Numbered from the stretch's first letter, positions 1-8,382 are shown. The stretch: 12,754 nucleotides of DNA from Octopus sinensis (GCF_006345805.1 NW_021825540.1:1-12754), one strand, 5' to 3'. The notes: generated from the letters alone by a model not told the origin. Program-made: numbers and translations.

Positions 1-47
<47 letters not shown>

Positions 48-51
48 TATA
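1..51. repeat. (TA)n microsatellite
   Basis: Near-perfect AT dinucleotide run from the window start. Confidence 0.95.
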
Positions 52-310
52 ACTGGCAATCTGTCGGTAAAGAAAACGAGTGGCTGAGCACTCCACACAC
101 ACGTGTACTCTTAAGGTAGGAGAATAAGCGTGACACTCCAATTGTGACAAGGCTAGCCAATTGAACTACAGGTATAGTCGTTTTGCGAGCTGGACGGACT
201 GGAACAACGTGAAGTAAATTGTCTTGCTCAAGGACACAACGCATCACCACGAATTGAACTCACAACTTTACGACCGTGAACCGAATATCCTTACCACAAG
301 CCACGCGCCT
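52..310 (-). mobile_element. tRNA-derived SINE
   Basis: Minus strand starts AGGCGCGTGGCTTGTGGTAAGG (A-box-like, 310-289), has B-box-like GAGTTCAATTC (~261-251), then TGTGTCCTTGAGCAAGACA (238-220), a central motif common in metazoan SINEs. Microsatellites on both sides, no TSD visible. Confidence 0.8.
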
Positions 311-332
311 ACACACCACACACCACAATACG

Positions 333-366
<34 letters not shown>

Positions 367-470
367 GTGTGTGTGTGTGTGTGTATATATATAATTATAT
401 ATATATATATATATTATATATAATGTATATATATATACACACACATATATGTATGATGTATATATATATG

Positions 471-523
<53 letters not shown>

Positions 524-560
524 TATATATATATGTACATATATATATGTAGTGCTGTAA
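311..560. repeat. Compound (CA)/(TA)/(TG) microsatellite
   Basis: Direct reading; source of the YIYI-type ORFs 268-540 and 276-560. Confidence 0.95.
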
Positions 561-564
561 AAGC

Positions 565-690
565 ATTATAGTATTATAGTAGTGTTACAGAGTGTTTTGT
601 AATAACGTAATAAATAGTGTTAGAGTACTATGGTGTTCTATAGTAGTGTAGTATAGTATAGTATAGTATTGTATATTATTCTATAGTACC
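565..690. repeat. Degenerate TAGTA/TATAG pentanucleotide tract
   Basis: gtagtgtagtatagtatagtatagtattgtat core with decayed flanks; a similar decayed tract lies at ~3700-3728 and 4040-4170. Confidence 0.6.
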
Positions 691-788
691 ATACTTGTAC
701 ATATGCTGTTGCTGAATGTCGTCTCATAATTATATTTTGCGCAAATAAAAGACCGGGAGTAAATTGTCCAAATATCAAACAGCATCGA

Positions 789-1140
789 ATGATTACAACC
801 AATGAAATTAGTGCTATGCGAGTCTCAATAGTAGTCGTTATTTACTTGATAATCCCCTGAGGGTTTACCAACTTCCACCGTCACAATTCTAACTTGAGGC
901 CAATGTTGGCTGCTATTTTACTTTTGGTATGGTTTTTTTGTTGTTGTTGCTGTTGTTGTTCTTGTTTACGCTTTCGTTTATCTTTCTCTCTCTCTTTTTG
1001 TTTCTAGTTTTGTTTTTTTTTTTTTTTTTTTTTGTTGTTGTTAATTTTGTTATCTTAATGATTTGATTTAGTTTTCCAGAATATTTTTTCAGTGAAGAGT
1101 GATAAATGTGGAAGACGACGACGACGACGTTGCTGATGAC
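789..1140 (+). repeat. Duplicated block, copy 1 (partner at 4255-4600)
   Basis: 789-917 aligns without gaps to 4255-4383 (26 mismatches in 129 nt by hand count). Shared downstream blocks: taatgatttgatttRgttttccWgaat (1056-1082 / 4490-4516), agtgataaa, gacgacgttgMtgatga. Confidence 0.85.
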
Positions 1141-1276
1141 AATGATTAGGAGGAGTAGGAGGAGTAGGAGGAGGAGAATGGCGACGACGATGACAACGAC
1201 GACGACGACGAGGATGATAGTAATGTTAAAGCTTTTCAGAAATGAAGATTTTTCATTTATTTTTAACAAGAATGAG

Positions 1277-1332
1277 TTATAATAATAATAATGATAATAA
1301 TAATAATGATAATAATGATTATCCTAATAATG

Positions 1333-1369
<37 letters not shown>

Positions 1370-1392
1370 TAATAATGATTATCCTAATAATG

Positions 1393-1448
<56 letters not shown>
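1277..1448. repeat. (AAT)n microsatellite with a 60-bp internal duplication
   Basis: The interruption gataataatgattatcctaataatgat occurs twice, 60 bp apart (~1309 and ~1369). Confidence 0.9.
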
Positions 1449-1449
<1 letters not shown>

Positions 1450-1597
1450 TTGCACTACTAGGCACTGCACACATCCTACGCTGAACACTTTCCATACAAT
1501 AACCATCAGAGTATCACAACAAATCACAGCACATACCCAAGGCACACAGAGCTGCGCTCGGTAGTGAAGTGAAAGCACGCTATAAAATAAACTACTG
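1449..1597 (+). mobile_element. 5'-truncated 3' end of a Dong/R4-clade (restriction-like endonuclease) non-LTR retrotransposon
   Basis: 1449-1502 translates IALLGTAHILR*TLSIQ*, matching the R4/Dong ORF C-terminal motif (..ALLGTA.ILR..L). A ~95-nt 3'UTR ends AAATAAACTACTG, and both junctions fall in (AAT)n, the known Dong target. Confidence 0.8.
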
Positions 1598-1613
1598 AAT
1601 AATAATGATAATA

Positions 1614-1644
<31 letters not shown>

Positions 1645-1653
1645 AATAATATA

Positions 1654-1695
<42 letters not shown>
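1598..1695. repeat. (AAT)n microsatellite, imperfect
   Basis: Direct reading. Confidence 0.9.
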
Positions 1696-1698
<3 letters not shown>

Positions 1699-2236
1699 TG
1701 CAGTACCAGGCAGTGGTTCTCATGGCTTCTGATCTTAAACTGATTGGAAGTGTTATCATGTACATTGTTTTGTCTTGGTATAAAAGATGGGCTACAGCAA
1801 ATATTCTGCTCAATACCACAGATTTGCTTGTCAGTTGTTGACCTTAACCAGTTGAGCATGTCCCTTAGTGGCTGACGATATGTGCATCTCTGATCAGGAG
1901 CAGAAGTAGTGGGGGAGCATCATAGCCATGTGTTGAGAAGGATTCTTTGGGGTTTGAATAATTCACCTCTGGAAACATGGGTGTTTCGTTCAACGTCCTT
2001 AAACAACCCTTATTCAGGGACCTTTTGAGCGGGATGGGTTACTCGATCTGAAGAAAATTCTAACTGGGCTCCACCTGCAAGGTCATGTGCTGTTTATTTT
2101 GATATGAGATCACCATGTCGCGCACATATGGTTGTGATGCATGTGCCTGGTGTACCCTTATCAGACGGGTAGTCATGATGGGCTTCGTATATTTTACCCC
2201 AGTGTCACTTTGATGGCATGCTCTGCTCGCTCACTC
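1696..2236 (+). mobile_element. Unclassified ~550-bp interspersed element, copy A, flanked by (AAT)n
   Basis: About 92% identical by hand count to 2270-2832 and ends at the same ..CACTC|AATAAT junction. No tRNA head or ORF found. Strand inferred from G-U pairing and the fixed right-hand junction. Confidence 0.7.
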
Positions 2237-2269
<33 letters not shown>

Positions 2270-2270
<1 letters not shown>

Positions 2271-2832
2271 CCCTGATGCAGTACAAGACAGTGGCTCTCG
2301 TGGCTCTCTTAACTGGCTCTCTTAACTGATTGGAAGTGTTATCATGTACATTGTTTTGTTTTGGTATAAAAGATGGGCTACAGCAAATATTCTGCTCAAT
2401 ACCACAGATTTGCTTGTCAGTTGTTTGATCTTAACCAGTTGAGCATGTCCCTTAGTAGCTGACGATATGTGCATCTCTGATTACAAGCAGAAGTAATGGG
2501 GGAGCATCATAGTCATGTGTTGAAAGGAATTCTTGGAGGTTTGGATAATTCACCTTCGGAAACATAAGTGGTTCGTTCAACATCCTTAAACAATCCTTAT
2601 TCAGGGACCTTTCGAGCGGGATGAGCTACTCGACCAGAAGAAAATTCTAACTGGGCCCCACCTGCAAGGTCATGCGCTGTTAATCTTGATATGAGATCAC
2701 CATGTCATGCACATTTGGTTGTGATGCATGTGCCTGGTGTACCCTTATCAGATGGGTAGTCACGATGGGTATACTGGGCATCGTATATTTTACCCCAGTG
2801 TCACTTTGATGGTATGCACTGCTCTCTCACTC
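2270..2832 (+). mobile_element. Unclassified ~550-bp interspersed element, copy B
   Basis: Direct repeat of copy A, separated by a perfect (AAT)11 (2237-2269). Carries a private 13-bp tandem duplication tggctctcttaac (2301-2313 / 2314-2326). Confidence 0.7.
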
Positions 2833-2852
2833 AATAATAGTAATTATAATAA

Positions 2853-2894
2853 TCCTTTCTACTGAAGGTACAAGGCATGAAATTTTGGGGGAAA
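2853..2894 (-). mobile_element. SINE 3'-tail fragment ending in (ATT)n
   Basis: cctttctactgaaggtacaaggcatgaaattttgggggaa resembles the SINE 3' end at 4964-5005 (ggcacaaggacaacaattttgaggggaaa) and abuts an AAT tract. Confidence 0.5.
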
Positions 2895-3515
2895 TGCCTC
2901 CCGAATACACCTTTAAGTACTTCTTCAAGACTTTTAAACAGTTAAAATGGCCTTGTACAAATAGGTTCAGTAGAGGTTTTAACAGTTTTAACAGACACAC
3001 TTTAATAGTTTCTATTAGCTGTGTACAAAGTATAATGAGAATATTAGTGGGTAGGCTCACACCTGAGACAGAAGCCGGATACTCGTAAAGAGGCAGCGCT
3101 AAGTGCTCCCTTAACGGTCACTACTGCACAGAGACAGTTGTATGCAGGAGTAATGTTAAGGGGACCAAGTGAACACTCAAACGGTGGCAGTATGTGTGCA
3201 TGGCTGAAAGTGCTTTTAGAATCAGATTCAACAACCATGAATCCTCCTTTAATATCCCCAAGAGACACAATGTTACAGTTCTGGCTAGACATGTATGGTC
3301 GTCAAAGGAAGGCGCCACAGATTGCAACAAGTGTAAAATCTTGGAGAAGTGCAAGCATTATTTTAATAGCAGCAGAAAATGCAGGCTATGCCTGAATGAA
3401 AAGAGAATTATGCTAAAAAAATTCTCTTCACCCAGACATCTACATAAACTGTAGAAACGATATTTTCAGCCCGTGACCACATGAGAGATGGTACGTGTTC
3501 GCTTACCCATCATAA
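2885..3515 (+). pseudogene. Decayed Penelope-like element: RT-EN linker plus GIY-YIG endonuclease
   Basis: One frame runs FNRHTLIVSISCVQSIMRIL..GYS*RGSAKCSLNGHYCTETVVCRSNV..K*TLKRWQYVCMAESAFRIRFNNHESSF..VLARHVW..KILEK..Y..SSRKCRLCLNEKRIM..LHK. It has in-frame stops at 3086 and 3170 and a frameshift near 3450 into RNDIFSP*PHERWYVF. This matches the invertebrate PLE pattern FNRNT.K.SYSC / CPL.G.C...V.Y / YIG.TE..FK.R..NH / C.LCL.EK / LNKR.E....CRH. Confidence 0.85.
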
Positions 3516-3728
3516 TGATAAACGTTAGGCCATCCATACCTTTCTCCGAGCCATCATATCCAGAAATCTCAGCAAAGTTTTGACCAAACCATACGTATAC
3601 GGACACACATACGCAAAGAAACTTTTGTGAATACAATCACTTATGCGTTATGGAAACCGGCTTGCCGACATTATAAGATCTAGGGGTGAAAAAAACAAAC
3701 TATTATACAGCGTTATATAGTGTAATAT

Positions 3729-4038
3729 GTGGATGCCCAATGGCCCAATGGCTAGGGCAGCGGACTCGCGGTTGTAGGATCGCGGTTTCGATTCCCAGAC
3801 CGGGCGTTGTGAGTGTTTATTGAGCGAAAACACCTAAAAGCTCCACGAGGCTCCGGCAGGGGGTGGTGATCCCTGCTGTACTCTTTCACCACTCTTTCTC
3901 CCACTCTTTCTCTGTTGCCTGCTCGCTTAGCCAGCGGTGTGGGGGGTGGCGTCATTCGAAGGCTAAAAACATGCGAACGCATTGTGACCAGCGATGTGTA
4001 GCAACATCTGATGGACTGGTCGGTCACGTGATCACGTG
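3729..4038 (+). mobile_element. Full-length tRNA-derived SINE with 14-bp TSD
   Basis: A-box-like TGGCCCAATGGCTAGG (3741-3756), B-box-like GGTTTCGATTCCC (3784-3796), perfect flanking direct repeat ATATAGTGTAATAT at 3715-3728 and 4039-4052. Confidence 0.9.
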
Positions 4039-4254
4039 ATATAGTGTAATATACTGTCATATACTATTATTTAGAGCTGTAGTGTGACATAGTATTATAT
4101 ACTGTTGTCGCGTTATATAGAAATATTTTGCAGCCATAAAGTTATACGTGGCGTTGTTGTGTTATATAGTCTTGTACGTTGATTTATAATAACATTTTGA
4201 AGAAGAGGAAGTATATATGCTACCATATTTATATATTCTACCAAAATCCAATTA

Positions 4255-4600
4255 ATGACTATACCCAATAAAATTAGTGCAACTTGTGCTTCAATGGTGC
4301 TTGTTATTTACTTGGCAATTCCTTGAGGGTTTACCAATATTCACCGTCACAATTCTTACTTGAGGCCAATCTTGGTTGCAATTTTACTTTTAGTGTTTCA
4401 TTTTGTTTTTTATATTTTTATTTATTTTCACTTTTTTTTTGTTTCTATTTTTTGGGGGGCTTTTTGGTTTTGTTAATTATGATGTCTTATAATGATTTGA
4501 TTTGGTTTTCCTGAATGTTACCTCGTTACTGAATAGTGATAAAAGGGATGATGATGATGGTGATGATGATGATGATGATGACGACGTTGATGATGAGGGT
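4255..4600 (+). repeat. Duplicated block, copy 2 (partner at 789-1140)
   Basis: See copy 1; offset 3466 bp for the core. Confidence 0.85.
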
Positions 4601-4963
4601 GATGACGACGTTGATGATGAGGCTGATGATGATGATGATGGTGATGGTGATAACGACGTTGATGAAGAGGTTGTTGAGGATAATGATGATGATAATGATG
4701 ATGAAGATGATGGTGATAATGGTGATGATGATGATGATGAGGGTGATGATGATGACGTTGATGATGAGGTTGTTGAGGATAATGATGATGGTGATGATGA
4801 TAATGATGAAGTTAATAATGATAATGATGATGATGGTGATGATGATGATGATGATAATGATGAAGTTAATGATGATAATGATGATGATGGTGATGATAAT
4901 GATGAGGATGATAATGATCATGATGATGATGATGGTGATGATGATGATGATGATGATGATGAT
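4547..4963. repeat. Long imperfect (GAT)n trinucleotide array
   Basis: GAT with GAC/GGT/AAT variants; explains the Asp-, Met- and Ile-rich ORFs 4502-5041, 4536-5024 and 4526-4981. Confidence 0.95.
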
Positions 4964-5372
4964 GGTTTCAAATTTTGGCACAAGGACAACAATTTTGAGG
5001 GGAAAGGAAAGTCGATTATTTTGACCCCAGTGCTTGACTGATACTTTATTTTCTCAGCCCTGAATGGATGAAGGCAAAGTCAACCTCAGTGGGATTTGAA
5101 CTCAGAATGTAAACAGTCGGAAGAAATGCCGCCAATCGTTTTGTTCGACGCGCCAGCGTTTCTTATTTCTTTACTGTCCACAAGGGGCTAAACATAGAGG
5201 GGAACAAACAAGGACAGACAAAGGGATTAAGTCGTTTACATCGACCCCAGTGTGTAACCGGTACTTATTTAATCAACCCCGAAAGAATGAAAGGCTAAGT
5301 CGACCTCGGCGGAATTTGAACTCAGAACGAAGCGGCAGACGCAATACCTAACGTTTCTGCCAGCTCGCCGCC
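4964..5372 (-). mobile_element. tRNA-derived SINE (outer copy: 4964-5163 plus head remnant 5348-5372)
   Basis: Minus strand head GGCGGCGAGCTGGCAGAAACGTTAG, B-box-like GAGTTCAAATCC (~5103-5092), central GCCTTCATCCATTCAGGGCTGAGAAAATAAAGTATCAG resembling the Nin/Deu SINE domain (recalled), and a 3' end running into the (ATC)n array. Confidence 0.8.
5164..5347 (-). mobile_element. 5'-truncated SINE of the same superfamily nested in the head of the outer copy
   Basis: Repeats B-box (GAGTTCAAATTCC) and central domain (GCCTTTCATTCTTTCGGGGTTGATTAAATAAGTACCGG) with a different 3' tail. Flanked by CCAGCGTTTCT (5153-5163) and CTAACGTTTCT (5348-5358). Confidence 0.7.
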
Positions 5373-5375
5373 AAC

Positions 5376-5377
<2 letters not shown>

Positions 5378-5454
<77 letters not shown>

Positions 5455-5457
5455 TAC
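5378..5457. repeat. (ACT)n microsatellite
   Basis: Near-perfect run. Confidence 0.95.
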
Positions 5458-5737
5458 AGAATCATAAGTGGGAAGAAAGGGAATGTGACATTCTTTTCGA
5501 TTCTGAGTTCGAATATAATTGAGGCCAGCTTTTCGCAACAGTCTTTCTCATATACATTTCACCTGTTCATGAAAACGATAGAATTCCATACATCGGCCAA
5601 TAACTTCTTATTGCGGTTATGAAAGCATATAAGTCCCTTTCACTTCAGGCAAGACATAGGTATATTACTCTCCTCGTTACTCATTTCTGGATTTATTCTA
5701 AAGGCAAGGAGGCATTATCCTTTGTAACACACCATTC

Positions 5738-6021
5738 TCATATCTTTTTTCTTTCCTGTGGGGGAAAAGCCGAAATTAATGGACACCCTCTGACTAACAA
5801 TACTTGCAAAATTGCTACTATTGCTTTTGAAGGTTTCTTTTTGTAATTTTGTAATTTTTCAATATCTGTATGTTCAGAGTCGCATAATTTCTTTATCCTT
5901 TGTTTTAATTCATCTGAAAAATATTTTGTTTCCTTTTTGATATCTTTTGTGAATGTGAAATTTGCCCCTTCGCATGAGACTTCTTCAGATGATAAAGGTA
6001 AACCATGAATAGACGAAACAT
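5738..6021 (-). CDS. Candidate exon 3 of an unknown gene (core 6021-5804; may read on to TGA at 5740-5738)
   Basis: Acceptor ATAATTTTAG|A at 6022/6021 in phase 1, then an open K/E-rich frame [20 protein letters not shown]. It ends either at donor CAA|GTATTG (5804/5803) or at the stop at 5738, with AATAAA at 5697-5692. Confidence 0.6.
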
Positions 6022-6124
6022 CTAAAATTATCAAATATAAAAGCATTTAGCAACATGGCTTATTTTCCAACACTAAAGCAAATGGGATGGACACTTGAGT
6101 TTTCAAAAGCTTTCTATTGGCAAA

Positions 6125-6307
6125 GTTATATATACATATGTGCATACATGCATACGTACATACGTGTGGGGATATATGTGTATGCATATATATGTATATA
6201 TATATATATATACTTGTATATTATATCATATACATGTCTAACAATAATACATACACACACACACATATATATATATTATGCATGTATACATGTATATATA
6301 TGTATAT

Positions 6308-6351
<44 letters not shown>

Positions 6352-6493
6352 TGTGTGTGTGTGGGTGTTGTGTGTGTTGTATATATATATGTATACTTTG
6401 TTACGTAAATATATATAGATATATGCATGTGTGTATATATATATATATATATGTAAAAGTATATATATGTATATATATATATGTATATATATG

Positions 6494-6537
<44 letters not shown>

Positions 6538-6634
6538 CTACATACACACATACATATATATATATATTAGATATATATATAATATATATAATATATATAT
6601 ATATATATACATATACATACATACACACACATAC

Positions 6635-6665
<31 letters not shown>

Positions 6666-6700
6666 CCTACATACATACATACATACATACATACATACAT
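6125..6700. repeat. Compound (TA)/(CA)/(TACA) microsatellite in predicted intron 2
   Basis: Direct reading; explains all ORFs 6055-6730. Confidence 0.95.
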
Positions 6701-6764
6701 TTATATGGTTTATTTGTTTTAACGTGGTAATTTCAGCAACATCATCAGAGCTCGTAAAACTCAC

Positions 6765-6802
6765 GACTGTCGCATCCATGTAAAATAAAATGGTATAAAA
6801 CA
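6765..6802 (-). CDS. Candidate 38-nt exon 2
   Basis: TTATTTTTAG|T GTT TTA TAC CAT TTT ATT TTA CAT GGA TGC GAC AGT C|GTGAGT. Phase 2 in and phase 1 out exactly bridge exons 1 and 3. Confidence 0.55.
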
Positions 6803-6847
6803 CTAAAAATAATCGGTTTTTAACTAGCCATAAGGGCAACGAGCGGT

Positions 6848-7060
6848 TTACTACTACTACTACTACTACTAATAATAATAATAATGATGATGATGACGAA
6901 AGTGATGGCGAGGTTGATGGAAGTGATTTTTTTTATCATTTTGGCAATTTTGATAATGAAGGTGATGATGATGACGATGATGACGACAACGACAACGATG
7001 ATGATGATGATGATGTTGTGGATGCTGGTCATTGTAACGCCGACGACGACGATGATGTTG
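6848..7060. repeat. Compound (ACT)(AAT)(GAT)(GAC) trinucleotide tract
   Basis: Direct reading. Confidence 0.85.
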
Positions 7061-7954
7061 ACGTTTATTCGATATGTGCTCGTCTATGCGCATGCATGTG
7101 GGCCTCTGTGAGTGCGCGCACGTATACACACACACAGACACATACACACACTTGCGATCGTGCGTGCTCACACACACACATACACACACATACCTGCATA
7201 CGTTTTGTATGTATTTGTGTATATGCTTGTGTGTGTGTGTGTGTGTGTGCGCGTGGGTGTGTTCTATTTAACAACCTGTCAACCGAAATTGACAACTAAC
7301 GTCTACAAAATCTCCTAAAAGGAAGAGAGGGAGCACTCCACACTCTTTAACTACCTGCCTGCCTAACTGTCTGTCCGCCTGTCCGCCTGTCCGACTATGT
7401 CAGTCTGTCCGCCTACCTGGCTGTATACCTGAGTATCTCTCTGCTACTTTTCTTTCTCATCCCGCCTTATTTATTTTCGATCTCTTTCTTTTCTCCCCCC
7501 ACTCTCTCTCTCTCCGGCCTTCAGTCACACATATAACATACATTCACCTACGTTTGTCTGTCCGTCTGTCTCCCGCCCTCTCTCCCTCTCTCCTTCTCTC
7601 TCGATCTCTCTCGATCTCTGTCCCTGGGGACGTTCCAATAACTTTCCAAGCAGCACATGGGAGAGTTTCTATTGATTTCTGAAAAAAGCACAAGTGCAAT
7701 GCATGTGTCTATGTGTGTGTGTGTGTGTGTGTATGTATGTGTGTGTGTGTCTGTCTGTCTGTCTCTGTGTGTGTATGCATGTCTGTGTGTGCAGACGCAA
7801 GTATTAAATTGCTAAATGCTCCAGCTCTGATTTTCTATCAAAATAGATGTGTGTATACGGGTATATACGACTGTTTCAGGGTAATCCAAAACCGCCCCCA
7901 CCCCAAAAAAGAAAAAAACAAAAACAAAAAAAAGACAAAATAACCCTAGCATAA

Positions 7955-7957
<3 letters not shown>

Positions 7958-8006
<49 letters not shown>
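7958..8006. repeat. (CA)n microsatellite
   Basis: Perfect run; further CA/GT tracts at ~7120-7250 and ~7700-7790. Confidence 0.95.
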
Positions 8007-8008
<2 letters not shown>

Positions 8009-8077
8009 GCGGTGGTGTGTTGAACACAATTTGCTTGCGAAGGGATCAGCATAAAAGGAAAAAAAAGAAGGACTCAC

Positions 8078-8169
8078 TTTTGCGAGAGCGAAATATCATT
8101 TAATAGATTCGGAACTCCTGACGACTGAACACAAGTTTCATTCAGCTGCGCTTCTTCAACACAAGCCAT
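8078..8169 (-). CDS. Candidate first coding exon
   Basis: GGACATGG start context with an upstream in-frame TGA; encodes MACVEEAQLNETCVQSSGVPNLLNDISLSQ plus 2 nt; consensus donor AAA|GTGAGT at 8078/8077. Confidence 0.6.
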
Positions 8170-8250
8170 GTCCGATTCTGTGATCCTTCAATCTCCTTAA
8201 TGTACTTTTCGAGTATGAAACTTGATGTAGCTCGCTCGTAACTTTTGCAC

Positions 8251-8349
8251 GTGTGTATGTATGTATATGTGTGTGCGTGTATGTATGTATGTATGTATGT
8301 ATGTATTTATGTGTGTATGTATGTATGTATGTATGTATGTATGTATGTA

Positions 8350-8382
<33 letters not shown>

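Noticed and set aside
789-917. NUMT reading with TGA as Trp
   Set aside because: The peptide does not resemble any mitochondrial protein I recognise.
1056-1110. Possible SECIS for the shared TGA (conserved AATGA...GA)
   Set aside because: No helix II or apical AA can be formed by eye in either copy.
2270-2340. HDV-like or hammerhead ribozyme at either end of the 550-bp element
   Set aside because: Could not build the nested P1/P2/P3 pseudoknot on either strand; CTGATGC lacks the conserved A and a downstream GAAA stem.
1277-2850. Repeat-spacer alternation superficially like CRISPR
   Set aside because: The repeats are variable-length AAT microsatellites, the spacers are homologous 550-bp elements, there are no cas genes, and the context is eukaryotic.
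3640-3680. Possible PLE hammerhead downstream of the GIY-YIG relic
   Set aside because: Core reads CTTATGC rather than CTGANGA and has no supporting stems.
3731-3800. tRNA-like sequence (also at ~310-250, ~5372-5310 and ~9628-9560)
   Set aside because: A/B boxes are present but there is no complete cloverleaf, and each continues into a SINE body.
4502-5041. 179-aa Asp-rich ORF resembling acidic biomineralisation proteins
   Set aside because: TTG start, body entirely (GAT)n, C-terminus is antisense SINE sequence, no signal peptide or splice support.
5756-5803. GT..CCCCACAG mini-intron with a strong acceptor
   Set aside because: Only 48 nt, in frame, and it leads to the same stop five codons later; too short to be convincing.
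6731-6748. Minus-strand CTGATGA...GAAA hammerhead-like core
   Set aside because: No stem II and no consistent stems I/III; it lies just inside predicted intron 2.
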